This document shows, piece by piece, positions 12,541 to 26,929 of a stretch of 64,000 nucleotides of DNA. This DNA is from Selaginella moellendorffii (Eukaryota; Plantae; Lycopodiophyta). The stretch covers positions 191,325 to 255,324 of the forward strand of contig NW_003314305.1 of NCBI RefSeq assembly GCF_000143415.4. The letters run 5' to 3'. Under the pieces are notes generated by a model, which saw nothing but the letters and a program-made list of their open reading frames with translations, had not been told where the DNA came from and ran no database searches. Both the position numbers and the translations under genes were made by a program. Every line of letters starts with the position of its first letter. Positions within the stretch are counted from its first letter, which is position 1.

Positions 12541-14949
12541 CCACTTCATGAACCGGACACTCTAAGCATATCCATGGGAGGAGCTATTGCTACAGAAGTT
12601 GGGGATGAGACCACTGAACCATTAGAATCAGAAACAGATCAAGCATCAACTTAAATGCAGTCAAAGACGTGTTCACAACCTTGAGCTTCAGGTAATCTCT
12701 ATCCCTGCTTCATTGTAAGAGAGCGCCAGTGCTGAGAATTTCTTCTGTAACTTTTCCACCCTATGGGATGCATGAAGAACTGGGCATTCAATTACAAGCT
12801 TTTTACACTATGCAGAAAGGAATCATACTATTCAACCAGAAGCCTTGCATGAGTATTGATTTCCTTGTAAAAGCCAAGAAGTGGAGAAAATCCTGAAGAG
12901 GTTGCCAGGTTCCTTCTGAGTGCCACAGGTCTCAACAGAGGCAGGATCCGAGTTGGCAACGTAAAATCTGGCTGGAAAATTATGGTTATGATAACAAAGT
13001 TTTGAGTAATTTTGGACAAAGTATCAATGCTTTTTCAATTACAGATTTTTATTACTGCTGCAACAGATAGAGATAGCGGCATTATGCATTTTGCATTTGA
13101 ACTGGTGGAGAAAGTTGCCAGAAATAACTTTCAACACATTACTGAAACCGAGAACACAATATTCATGAATGGCATTCTTGTGTTCATAAAAAAACAAGTT
13201 TAATGACAATATCAGCCTCAACACTTTCACTTTTCTGCATTTTTGCGCGTTGGTGAAGGAGAGCTCAGTACTTTCAGATAGTAACAAACATCAAGTTGTT
13301 CCATGCAACTTCATTGGAATCATCAAAAGATAGCAATCAGTGATTTTGAGAAGTAAGACAATTGTTATTACTCTCGTTACCACAGGCTGACGGTTCATTC
13401 AGATGAGATTGTCAGTAAATTTTCATAACAAATGACGAGTTTATATGCCCAAGCAGACGTATTTGCTTATGGCAAGGTCAGTAAGGAATCTCTCGTGTTC
13501 TTTCATGTTCTAAATGTTTCTTTCTTTGTATCCCCGAGGAACCTCGAGCAGAAGGTGTTCTGGATTATTTGATTCCTCATAGAGTAAGTTCCTGAAGGTT
13601 CTTTCCTTGCAACTCTATAGTTACCTTTTTCTTGCAGACTTTCACAGGAAACCGTCCATCCCTAAGTGTGCTGTATTATAGATCCAGATTACAAATGATC
13701 AAATGCAGATTTTGATTTGATATCAAGTGATGTTATCATATTATCATCTATGTGCTGTTATCTTCAAAGATGTAGGCAATAACAGCATCAATGCAGGGAA
13801 GAATGCTGTATCTGCCATAAGTGTGTAAGTTTTGGAAAGCACTGTCATAGTTGCTCAAGAAAGAGAAAGAGATTGAAAAACAATATATGAAAAACTCATG
13901 CATATGTACCATCATTCCCGCCCATCAAGTCTGGTAAATCTGAGAGAAAAGCTTTCACACTCCCACTGGGACCAAGTATGGAAGTAAAAAAACCAAAGCA
14001 AAGAGCAAGCGTTTTTTTTCTTTCAAAACCTGAAGCTCGGGCTGTCTAGCTTGAAGGCAAGCTCTCTGGCTGCTGCCACCACATCGACATGGCCATAGTG
14101 AGGAGTTAACGATGAGATTTCATGCCTCGCTGTGTCAGACAAATGACCCAACCTGCGTAGAGTACCAAACTTGTAGGAAATGAGTACTACTTACATGAAC
14201 AACCCCTGAAAATCAGTGTTGGCAAGGATGCATTCATGTCCCAGGCCATCTATGAGAAGATCCTCTGGTGTTTCAATCCCACAAACAGCAACTACAACCA
14301 AACAACCAACTTGAGTTCCTTCAACTCAATCATGAAGTAGACTGTCTCTCAGTTTCTCCGAGTGACCAAGTCAGCTTGCAGGGAGTCTTGTGATGCTACA
14401 AATATTAAACCTGGTGAATCAATCCTTTTAAGAGTGCCTTGGCTGGGAATTGAGTAGCATGTGCATGGCCTTGCCACCAGTTTTCACCATCTATGCTCGG
14501 GTTACTACAAGCAAAAGCTTTGTTAGCTTCTTCTCAGAGATGAAAGAAAAACTCAAGCTACCTTCTGCAGTTCCATAGAGAAAAAGGACAACCACATGTC
14601 ATACAAATGGTAGATAGCTTAAAAAAATAAAAAATTAGAATTTACCTCCCATGATAAATTTAAATGACGATATTAAAAAAATTAAAAACTTTCACAATAA
14701 TCTTAATAAATTCAAATAATACAGCTTTTTAATTATTGATAATGTAGCTACTGAATAGTTATATTACTATTACAGTAATATTAATGACATGCTTTGGAAA
14801 TTGGGATTAGAGCAGTAACAAAACAAAATGGAATTTTGTCATGCATGATGACATTTTCACACTTTTATGACAATACAGGTTTACTTCTTCTTTTAAGCAA
14901 AGAAACTCTACTATATCATTCACCACTATAGTGTTCAGAAAATACTAAA

Positions 14950-15445
14950 AATGTCACTAATAATCACTATTTTATAATACAATAATAATAATAAAAAGAG
15001 CAATTCCATATATATGCTGCTCAATTTCATTATATATACATGTGTCTATACATATATATATATAGATATATATATACACACACACTGAACTGCTTACCTA
15101 AAATAGTTTTAGCTCTGTAGTATAGTCAACTGTAATGCAGCTATTCTCTGTTTTTCAAAAACCACATATGGTAGTTATGCTATATTCAATCAAATCGCTA
15201 TGGACTTACAGACATTGAAAGGCACAAAAAGCAATTTAGATAATCAGAGACATGAAAGCCTCCTACCGATTTTCTGCAGCATACTTCCATAATAGGCTCC
15301 TTAATAGATATCTGACACAATACGTGGTAAATGTCACTAATAATCACTATTTTATAATACAATAATAATAATAAAAAGAGCAATTCCATATATATGCTGC
15401 TCAATTTCATTATATATACATGTGTCTATACATATATATATACAT
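14950..15445 (+). repeat. Local direct duplication of ~110 bp (14950-15062 and 15330-15440)
   Basis: aatgtcactaataatcactattttataatacaataataataataaaaagagcaattcc...gtctatacatatatata is present twice. Confidence 0.9.
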
Positions 15446-15545
15446 ATATATATAGACACACACACACACACATGTATATATGGTGGCAGTAAACTGCATG
15501 GGAGGACCCTAGCACAATACGTGTGTGTGCATGCATGTGCGTGCG

Positions 15546-15726
<181 letters not shown>

Positions 15727-18499
15727 AGTATGTATATGTGGTCTGCTGCTCACACCACTCTGATAACCAGCCCAGTGATCGATCTCTCCAAGAACATCCT
15801 CTTGTTAAATCCATCAAACTCGCAGTTTCCACCTGTGAGTAGAATCATCCCATCCATAACTCGGCTGACGAGTTAGTTTGGCACTCTCCTCATGGCAATG
15901 GATGCCATTTCTCCCACTTCTGCCTGATCTACAGGCTGGATGAATATCTCTGAATCGTTCCACACCAAGTACTATTTGGTAGTCCTTCTCAGTAAGAGGC
16001 CGTTGTATTACAAACTCTGGCACTATTTCCTGCAGTCCGGGTGGTGGCGCTGAAGTATATGAAAGATCAATTTCCTGGAAGTAAAGCAGTTAGAAAGGGA
16101 AAAGAAAAGTAGTTCTTCAAGTATTCCGCCTCATTTTCTAAATCAATAAGCTTTGAGGATAGTTTTGCTGCTGCCATTTCTTGAAGCTGCTAGCCCTGTT
16201 TTTCTCTCAAAGCTGCCAGTTCATCCTCCCCAGGCTGCTCTTTTTCAGGTGGCAGTATCCATGGCACCTGCCACCATCTCGTTTTCACTAATGCCTAGGG
16301 AGATTATAACTGATGAAATAAATTGCTACAACATTGACACACCGAACTGCTTACCTAAAATAGTTTTCTAGAGGAGTATATGTAAAGCTAACGGAGAAAG
16401 CATTAAAACAAATGGAAGAAGAGTATCGCTTGTACATCTTTTACATCTTTTTCTTTCTAAATATTTACAACTCGGAGAAGTATCTAGAGGAGTTGAAGGC
16501 CAGGCATTGTGAAGTTTCAACCAAGGTATTAGTGGTTCTGGAGTTGTTTGTTTGTGATGGTTTTGCCATAAGCCTCTCCACGGTGCTTAAGTTGTGTGGG
16601 AGCCTGGTGGATGTGTGGCTTAGAGAAGGAGAGGGTCACTCCCAGGCGTGTAGAAAACAATGCTGCCGTGTCAAACTCAGTAAAAGTTTTTGGAATCTGA
16701 CTTTGTTCTTATGTCAGGATTTCAGGATAAATACAACACAGAGAATAGGCCTTGGCCTTGCTTTAGAGGGCTTCACTAATAAGATCTACGAGGCATAGAA
16801 CATAGTTAAATTCATCACATTTGTTCCTGTTATTTTCAACTGCAAATGTGTTGTCCCATCAAGCCAGATGACTACTCAGATTCTTCTCAGATAATTCAAA
16901 TTCTCTGCTTGAGAAAGTTGTGATCACAACAAACAAGTACTTCAAGCCACCTGGATTGCTGTTAAGATTGGATCGTGAGTTAAAAGCTCTTGGATAGATT
17001 TCTTTCGCCATTTTTTGCCGGTCTACACAACTTTAGTCACATGTAAGTTCATTGGCTACCTCATTGTCAATGCCACTTTGTTTCAGTGCGCCAGATAATA
17101 CTAAGATACATGCAACTTAGGGAAGGTTAGTATGACACATGTCTTGGAGCTTCCTCTTCATAGTGGCCTCCCATGCCTCACTTCCATCATCAATAGTACG
17201 TGATGAGTGAGAACGAACGAAATGCCTTTAAAAGAATAAAAGAATAGACAGATTTACATAACATATAATATGTATAAAATGAGCATCTCTAGCAAATTTC
17301 TCCAGTTGTACCTTGAAGCATTGTCTGCTGGTACCGGAACTAAGTGACTTGTGCAACCTTTCTGAGCCACCCAACTTCGACAACACTTGGGCCATAACAA
17401 TCCTCTTCTAATGTTTTCTGATCAGACAAGTTGCATCAAAGAACTTCTTAATTTCATGATTGGAGTTTAGACTATGACCCTTTACAGGAGTAGTGACAAC
17501 ATAAGTAAGTGAAGGTTTTTTTTTCTAGATTCTTGAGAGTCCAGAGCTGGTTGCCAGAATCTGGTAATTGAACTTATAGATGTATACTCTTTCTCTTGGT
17601 TTTGAAGGTATTCTTAATCAACTTAGTTGCAAAGACTAATGAAGAGCTCATTGAATTGCTAAAAGACTTACTGGTGGTGGGGAGAATGCAAAGAGAAACT
17701 CTCCCATTCTTTTTTGACAAATTGTCAACTACCAACCTTAGAAAAGGATAATCCCAGGATCTTTGCCAATAATTTCTTCCCCTCTTTGACACGGCTAGAG
17801 TGGATGCAAGTGCTGAAGCTGCATTTTGCACCTGCAAAGTTTCTGTGACCAACTTGTAGCATTAAAAGCTGTAAATGACTATTCAATTCCACTCCTTTAA
17901 CATGGCTCTCTCTTTTCTTTTTTTTTTTAAACAAAACAAAAAGGCTACCTAAGACGCCACCAAGTCTCATTACTGGGAGAACCACCAAGTCTCATTATAG
18001 GGAAAAACATCATAAGTCATTGTTCTATTATTTCTTGGCCGTGAGCTGGCTCCATGACCTTGAAACGCAGTTGAGTAGGCCACATTGTTGGCGATGAGCT
18101 TTTTTTGACGCAATGAAGCGTTTCACTCAGCACAGCAGCGATCACCGATCAACCCAGGAGAGTTGCTCCTGGAACGCTTGGTAACTATGCCTTCTAGCTG
18201 GAGCGACATATCAAGCTTCCACTAGAGTAGACAGAGGAGCTTACCGATTCCGTGGAGGGCTTTGGCTGTTATGGGAATATTCACTCAGAGCAAGATTTAA
18301 CACTATAAAAGACTCTACTAATGAAAGAAAGTTTGCAATTTCATATCAATTTTTCAGCATGCGGATTTACACAGATTTTTAAGAGAAAAGGTGAATCCTT
18401 GCCACAAGAACTAAGGGTTTAGATCGATCACCCAGCAAAATGCTGCCACCAGCATGGTTATATGTGAGATGGCGAGTGGGAGTACCTTTGGAGTGGATG

Positions 18500-19616
18500 C
18501 CAGGGAAGGCATGTACTGCCCTAGAAAGCACACTAATAGAACTTGTCACTCAGGAGTTTGATCACAGTGAATGAAACAACAAAAATAAGAATATATCCCA
18601 ATTGGAACCAGTACATCCTTTCATCCTGAGACTTTGACTAAGACTTTCCCCTACCATTTTACCAACTTTCAACTAACCTCTCGTCACTGTTTCTCGAGCT
18701 CTTGACACAATAGACCGCACCCCTGAAGGAACTCTATGAACATGTCCTCCACCTGTAACTATTGAAACAAATATCCATCGATCGTCATCTGTGGTGGAAA
18801 ACGCAAAGTCCGTAGTACAGGCTGTGGCTTCCACCATCCGAAGTTCCAATGAGGCATAGATAGCAAAAACTGCATCCAGCGTTGCCTAAACAGACCAAAC
18901 AAGTTATAAGTCAATGCGAAACAAAGTACAAAGCGTTCATTTACACACCTGTATCAAAGTCCACCATCCCGACTCGCTGCGTAGCTCCTCTAACACAGCC
19001 AAAGTTGGGAATGATGATAAGAGATGACATTTTCTCCCCAGTGGCTACACCACCAAAGGTGATCTTGTTTGGATCCCGACTGGCACGACGAATCCGCATT
19101 CTCCGGTCTAGGCATTCTCCAAGAGCTTCCTCAAAAAGGTTCCCATGCTGCTTATACTCGTAAACAATCTGCCCATGAACGTTGGCTATTGCTGGTGTTA
19201 TGTGTAGCAGCCCCATGTCATGTCTACACGATAAGACGTCCGGAAGAGTGACCACTCCAGCCTTATCGTGAACGCGTAAGTTTTTGAGGAAGATCTTGCA
19301 ACGCTTGGTAAGCTTGCTTGCTTCTGGCCTTACCCCGTGGATGGTTTCCAAGAGAGCTGCGGTGATAAGCTTGATAAACCTGCCTCCTGCGTCATTCTTC
19401 CGAAGATCTTGGAACCGTTGCTCAAAGGACTGGCAAATGCTGCCCAACTGAGGGTGTCGGGCAGCAAGAACAAGCGTCCACAATCAGCCCTTCCCTAAGG
19501 TACTCTAGGTACAAAGAGTGGTATGACATCACGCCTAACATCCAGGTATCTTGTTTTGCATATCGGCAGCACATGACAAAATTGTCAAAACCTCTTTTAA
19601 TGCTCCGAGGAATCAA
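18500..19616 (-). pseudogene. Coding-like, probably disrupted segment of unknown family
   Basis: ORFs 19422-19616 and 18941-19483 in different frames; no recognisable motif. Confidence 0.3.
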
Positions 19617-19871
19617 ACATTACCTTTAAAAGCAGCTACCTCAAACGCTATGGCATTGGTAAACCCATGTTGCTCTAAGCTCTAGTTCCTCAGCTAGCCG
19701 CACACTGCATCCTTCCACGTAAATTAATAATATACCCTTGGATTGTAACCGTCAATCAAAGTCAAAGAAAGTCAAACAAAATCAACGTAACTCCTGTGCT
19801 GCTAGAGGAGCTCAAGAGGAATAAGCAGTTCTGATTTCGTCTATCCGTATTTCATGCCCAAAACTTCGGTT

Positions 19872-22696
19872 CTAACTGCCTTCCTCTTCGTCTTCGTTGT
19901 CTTGTGGAGCATTGAAAAGGTCGGTGTTCTCGGGGAACACGAGACCAACGTCCGAGTTTAAGATCGACGGAACCACCACTGGGAAGTCTCGTATCCGTCC
20001 GTAAGATGGCCCAGCCTCGAGCGCTTCTGGTTCAATCCCGATGAACGAAGCTCGTCCAACAAGTCCGGGACCGGTGATGGTTATCACGCTGTCACCTTCG
20101 TCAGCAAACTTCACCACCGGACGAGACCGAGGTGGAGATGCCCGAGGAGGGGAAGCTGCCGCTGATGCTACTTCTCCTAGATTGCTATCCGGTCCAAACT
20201 TCACAGTGGGCCGAGGCTTAGCGTCCGCTGGTTTTGGAGCCTTCTCACTGACTTCCACGACTTGAGGAGCTATGGATATCGAACGACGCTCGGAGATCTT
20301 TGGTGGTGTTGCTGCCGGAGCTCCCGTAGTTGCTGCCACTGCTGTGCTGCTGCTACTACTAGCCGCGACATCTGGAGTGTTTGGCCTGCTTCGAGGAGGA
20401 GTAACACTCTGCTTGCCTGGCGCCGACGAAGTTCCTGCGGCTGCTGCTGCCAAAGCTGCTGCTTCCGACGGTCTCAAAGGCCTCACAGACTTGGCTCGAG
20501 GAATAGTCCCTTTGACGTAAGCTAAAACGTTGGGCCGGCTGTATGGAGGATTGAAACCAGGTGGAAGCTCTGGAGCCGACGTTGGAACTAGCTGAGTGCT
20601 GTTGGCGTCGTGTTTTATGTGAGAAGCCGGCGGCCTCGTTTCGGGTCCAAAGTGTGAAGTAAAGATCGGATCCACTTTCTGGACTCGTTGGCGCATCGAC
20701 TCAATGCTAGTCGATTGATCCCCAGCAGCAGCAGCAGCAGTAGCTGTAGCAGCATCGCCTTCCTCCACCACATCAGCGATTGTTCTTCCAGTGACCACAG
20801 ATCCCAGCATGTTTGGATTCTCGTAGAAGTGAGTTCTTTTCCTTAGAACTGGAGCCAAGCTCAACGGAGAGCCACCACCCGCGGGAGTAACTTGCCAGCC
20901 TCGAGAAGGACTTCTTGTCAGCTGATACGGTCGCTGCTGCTCCGGAAAGAGCTTTGGCCTCGGACCACCTTGCTGCTGCTGCTGCTTCGCTGATCCTCCT
21001 CCTGAAGATTTTCGTGATGTTTGCGGTGGTATGGCTATGGCCGACTGTCTCCGGGATGATCTTCTTCCTAACGAGTCCACTGAGGCTCGAGGTTGGACAA
21101 CTGTGAATCTTCGGTGAAACTCTTCTTCTGTCTCATGCTCCTCGTCGCTGTCGTCGTCGGATTTGGAGGCTCGAGCAAGCAACTCCAGTGTTGCTTGTTC
21201 GTCATCAAGGACAGGAGCTTTGACGTAGAACATGTCTTCGTAAATGCTCGAATCCACGTTAAATGAGAACCGTGGTGCTTTGGCACGTATCTGTAGGACA
21301 ACAGCAGCGCACGATACATCCTTGGTCACTAGAAATTATTTTACCTTTGCATGGTGCTCTTCTATCAAGTCAAGCACCTGGCGGACAAAACTGACCAGGA
21401 GAATCCGGCACTCTTTCGTTAGCTACACGAGGACTATATAAGTGTGGATGCACGGAAAGGAAACGATCCTTGCTTACATCTTGTAGACCGTCACCTTGGA
21501 AGAGGCTCCCTTTCTTAAAGAGAAGACGATAGATCTCATCCGAGTAGCGAACTTCGTCCTGGAGCCTAGTAAGCGTTGGATAATCATCGTTGGGTTCTCT
21601 CCCTAGAAAATGATGACAAACAAAGCACTTCGGTGACTGGAAACTCTTCCAGAACAGATTTTAGTTACCTGGATCAGTCAAAGACATTATATCCCAGAGA
21701 ATCAACTGCTGCAACACTGCGCTCTCCTGCCTGTCCGCTTCAATCGACACAGCTTCGATCTCCTTTTTCAGATCAGCCATCTCGGCATTAGCTCGTAGTA
21801 GCTCCAGCTATTCCAGCTAGTATCTGACCCGAGTTAGAAAAACGAAAAACAAAAAGGCTGATGCAGAGGTTTCTGGATTACCTGAAGTGCCTGAGCTTCC
21901 TCGCCATGAAGAGAAGCAAAGAGGCGCTTCTCGGAAGGAGATAGCGCTAACAATCCCCGGATCTCTCCAACAACAGCGCGAGCGCAGCGAAGATCTCCTG
22001 GACAGGAGAGAAACAAAAAAGCAAGGTTTAGCTCTAGAAAAGTTTGCGTTCCTTTACCTTGTAGCTCTTCTCTACTCTCGGCAGCGAGAACCAGCTTCTC
22101 TGTCCATTCTTCCTACAAAAAAGAAGAACAAGAAGAAGAGAGCTTGAGCAATCAAGTTTGATAAATACATACGCACCAGATTATCACGGGACGAGGCTGC
22201 TAGAATGTAAGTCTCGGTCTTGGAAAATCCAACGTGTTGTGTGCCGATGTTAAGATAAAAAACATATCTTCGCAGCTTGCCTCCAACATCCGCGGACTCT
22301 TTGATCGTGCAGCCCTCGATTGGAATAAGTCCCAGAGGAGTTTCTGTCTAAACGAAACAAATGAAACAAAAACAGTGGCGATGGTCATTTCTATCGAAAC
22401 TTGGATTACCTGTTGCTCGCTTATAAAGTAGAAGAGAAAATATCCCTGTAAGACGAAGTAGCGGCGTTTCCACGATGTAAACCGCCCTCCGCGCTTCTCC
22501 AGGTAGCCAGCAATCTCTGGATCGCCCCACAAAACTCTCTAGGATAGAATGCGCGTGTTGTTAGATCGATGATTTGGGCGAGAATCCTGTTGCTTACCTG
22601 GTTTTGCATCCCCGACAAGGTAGTGGTCACGGATTCCCTGGGCAATCCTTCCTTGGCAGCGGTTTCTCGCTTCCCAGCCTCTTCCTTGCCCGCCAT
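19872..22696 (-). CDS. PH-domain protein with coiled-coil middle and long Pro/Ser/Ala-rich disordered C-terminus (multi-exon)
   Basis: ATG at 22696. PH signature AGYLEKRGGRFTSWKRRYFVLQGYFLFYF then TPLGLIPIEGCTI..YILAASS. Canonical short GT-AG introns; large last exon ending at 19872. Confidence 0.8.
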
Positions 22697-24523
22697 TTTG
22701 CTTCAAGCTTAGTAGACCTAGGGCTTGCAAGAAGAATATCCTCAATGTTTGTTTAAACTTCAAAATTTGATTGCACAAAAGTGAATTTAAACTTTGTAAG
22801 AAATAACTCTTAACATTTATGTCATTCATATTTATAGCAAGTATTTCTTGTGGATATGAGATTATATTTTATTCTAACTTTTAATTTACCTTTTTTAGCA
22901 TATATTTAACATTAATAGTTTTAGCATGATTAATGAGAAAAAATTATGCATATGCAACCTTTGTTCATCTATATCTATTGTTATAAAATAATTTTTTATA
23001 TCATGGACTCAATCTTCCAAAAGTTAATATTTCCATATATTTTTTAACTTGGGTGGTTTATAGTGTATAAACTTTAAAATTCATGCAATTGAAAGCAATT
23101 GTAAAACTTTATTATCTTCAAAACTTGAAAAAGGATTTAGTTAATTAAGTTTAATTACCTTAACTCCTTTATTACTTTTTTTTTGTTTTCTTTATTTAAT
23201 TTGTGAACTTCTTTTGGTAAATTCTTAATCTTAATATCTTGAATTGTGGTATAGCCTCAAGCCCAATCTTTTAACATGGTTTCAGCCTCTTTCATAGCAT
23301 CTTTAATATAAATTTCCTCCCTTTAATTTATCATTAATATAATTTTATTATGCCATCCAACCAATTGCGTGCATGCCTTTATCAATAAATAAAATATTTT
23401 TATCAAATGGTATAATCTTACATATGTCGATTCAAAGTTTTTAGTAAAGTTTTTGTGTATATAATAAAAGTTGAATATAAATTACTGAGACAATCCCTTT
23501 AATACCAAATATAATATACATAAATTTGGAGTCAAACCTCAAGGGCATTGTACTATAGAACAATCTGGTATACACTAAAATGCCCTATAAACACCAAACT
23601 CCATATATTTAGCCTTTTTACATAAAATATTATTAAATAAAATTTAGCAAAATTTTAATATACTAGTGGTCTAATGCAAGAAGATGGTTACCCCAACTTG
23701 GGTTTATGAATATATAATAAAAAGCAACATAACCTAATAGAAACCAAATTAAGGTCAATCATGCTTTTAACCACTATTCTATTTTAAATTTTGAACTCCT
23801 CTCAATTGGCCCATGAAGGAGTTTGTCTAACTAAGTTAAGTATGCTTGACTAATAATATTTAAGAATTCCATTCTTATACTCTTCTGATTAAAGACTAAT
23901 TTTTCAACTAATTTGGATAGAGACTAACAAAGGAACTGGTAATATCAACCTTTTACCATCATTGAAGTAAAATGAGAATCTAAAAAATGACTAATATCTT
24001 TTGATATTTAAAATCACATTTGCGACAATTTACGTGGAGAGGAAAAGGTTCTAGTCACTTTACAACAAAATTTCTGCATTACAATATGTTAGAATTAGCA
24101 AAAGAAAGCAATAAAGCATAGAATTCTTATCATAAACATATAATTCTTGAAAATTCAGTATAAGTAGTGTCTTTAAACATGATCACTCTAGATAAGCTAG
24201 CTTTTGAAGAGTATATAAGATAATGTGCTTTTCTCAAGGATTTTTTAGGCTGCATTACAATAACAATAACATAATCTCTTCTACACTTCTTCTTTGTACT
24301 ATGATAGCTTTTCCTCCACAATAAGGTAACAGAAAAATTTATAACTCCACTTTCATAACTTTGTTTTTGTTTTTGGTTTTTCTTTTTCCCAGAATTATAT
24401 GAGCTCAACAAAAGGGTGTATGTTATTTCCGTGGGATTGAGTGTGTGTGAGTCGCGGTGCTACTGAGACTTGGATTCTGATTTGGGTAAAGCATGAGCTT
24501 CACCGTCTATCTGTGTCTCTCAG

Positions 24524-24680
24524 GCGTATTTACATGTCCTACTGAGACCAGCATGGACCCTCGACAACTACGACTTAACAGTCCAGTTTGAATTGGACGA
24601 TGACGCGCTTACCAAGACTATCATTGGCACCATTGGAGATGTTAATTCATATCAGCATCCAGATGCAAAAGGTTACTCGA
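24524..24680 (+). pseudogene. Presequence protease (PreP, M16C) C-terminal exon fragment
   Basis: TLDNYD...ELDDDALTKTIIGTIGDVNSYQHPDAKGYS matches PreP LTKAIIGTIGDVDSYQLPDAKGY; deletions and a stop upstream. Confidence 0.85.
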
Positions 24681-25500
24681 TGTGTGCTGCGCAAACTACA
24701 TCTTTCAGCATTTCCTTCCCTTGTCTCTCGTCCATTCCAGTATGCTCTGCTAAATTCTACGAACAAAAGAAGGAGAAGGGAGCAAATCCTATCAACAAGG
24801 TGCGTCATCACTCTACTCTTACTGAATCTAGGAAACTAAAACAAAGATGGTGTTATTTGTTTCTGAGTAAGTTTCTCCAAGTGTTCGTCCACACACCGCC
24901 CTCGATTCGAAATCCTCCCACTGGCTTTCCAGCCTCGAGAACTCTTTTGGTGTTCATCATGGGCCAGCTCCACACCAGGACGTGAGCAAAGCAACCTGGG
25001 AAGAACTCTAGGATCTCAGAAACTTGCCATGATCTTAAAATCATGTTTTCTTCCATCCGTTAGAAAAGTAGACTACACAAAAACTAAACTTTGATGTACC
25101 AGGAGTCTTTCAAATTGAAGCTTGTGCACTAGATGATGGCAGCTCCCTTCTCACAAAAGCAATCTCATTCAAATACTAAAGAAACTTTCAGTATTTTACC
25201 TTGATTGACAGGCTGATTACCAATATTCTATTGACCACATCCACGACATTCTTTTCTTACCGTCTTATCGTTGGGAATTCCAGAGACAATAAGCTATCGA
25301 AAGAACGCAGAGAAAAAATCTAAAGGATCATTTGGACAGTCCCGGGAGGAGGAGACTCTGATTTCAATCGCATGCAGCCACGGATGGAACTGTGATGGAA
25401 AGTCTTTGTCAGGAATCGTTTTCATGGGTGCAAAATGGAAATGGACGTCTTTACTGCGAAAAGAGGAAGAAATGTTTCAATCCTCTTCGCCTTGACCTTC

Positions 25501-26929
25501 CTAGTTCTTGTACTTTGAACTCCTTTTCGAGGCTGTCCTGGTCCTGACCAGATGCTCAGGTGTAAGCCAGAGCAACGAATCGCCGCGACTCATGTTACGT
25601 AGCATCTTGATAAAGTCCTGCCCGGGCAGATTGATCCACTGCGTAGAAAAGCTAAACAATTCAGATGTCTTTCCAGAAGAACTTCGATGCTCTAAACGTT
25701 ATTACGATCGTACCTGGGGCATCTCGTGCACGTAGTCCGAGTAGGGGAAGTTTGGACAGTTTTCACCCCGGAACTTGATGTAAGCTCGGTCATAGATCCT
25801 GTGATTAAACATTTTATCAAAAATCTTTCTAGAAAAGAAAGGAAACAAACCTGGCTGCGGCTTCCGGGGTGCTGGATGACCCGATGTATATCTGTTTGTT
25901 CTTGTCGACAGCCCTGATGGTTATGGAAAAAAGAAATCAGCGTGATTGTTTAAGAACTCACTACTCTTTGAGAAAACGAGAAAACGAAGAAGAACATACT
26001 CACCAAATGTGCGCCTCCCACCGCTCGACTCGCTTGTAGAACGAGACTCCAACGTAGCTGGACGACTTTGCAGTGTATCTCCTAGCGGACTTTGGGGGGG
26101 TTCTTTTCCTTTTGCTCGCTTCCTCTTCCAATCCCTTCGGAGCAACTGCGGTCTTCTTCTTAGAACACTTAGAGCTCGAGCTGTGAGACGAAGGCTTGAT
26201 CGTGGTAGTTCTCTCAGTCGCAGAGCTCGAGCTGGACCTCTTCCTCCTCGAAGAAGAGGACGTAGTGCACATCCCCGGGGTGGCCCAAGTGGCCATGGAG
26301 AAGGGCTTCTTCTCCTCTTTGATTACCAGATGATCATCATCAGCCCGCTCACCATTGCCGTCGGTGGAAAACCAAAAGCTTGCCGGTTCCTCACTGCCAC
26401 CTTCTTTATTCTCGGATTCAGGAGCCAGTGATGAAGAGGGAGAGCTTTGAGACTCCACTGTTGCCATCGCTGGTGAGAGCGGTGCTAGACGACGTCGCTT
26501 TGTTCTTGGCGCCCTCACCACTGCTGGAGCTACCGGGGGCAATATAAATGCGGCTGCATGAGCACGAGAAGGAGCTGCTGGAGGGTCTAGCAGTGGATCA
26601 TGCTCAGCTCCATCCATAGCTGCCAGGAGGCCGGGATCAACTGGAGGGACTTCCAGAACTTTTTGAGCTCGAGCTGAAAGAAGATGGTGTGACGGCCAAG
26701 GAGAGCTTCTAGCTTTGCGTGATGTCGAACGCCGGCAGCGCGTGCCCTTGACAGTGGTATCTTGACACCGGAATCCCATTGCAAGAACTTGCACAGCCAG
26801 AAGCTCCATCGACGAGCAGGGCGAGAGCAAAACATCGGTTGGAGAGGGGCGGCGACTGGGTTGCGTCTGCAGCAGGGCGGCAGTTTCAGCTGCTACCGTG
26901 ACCGATCGAAAAGGATTGACGCGAGGCAT
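25501..26929 (-). CDS. euAP2-like transcription factor with one AP2 domain (4 exons)
   Basis: SSSYVGVSFYKRVERWEAHIW | AVDKNKQIYIGSSSTPEAAAR | IYDRAYIKFRGENCPNFPYSDYVHEMPQ | WINLPGQDFIKMLR...RSSKYKN* (TAG at 25503-25501). Intron positions are those of AP2-subfamily genes. Confidence 0.85.
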
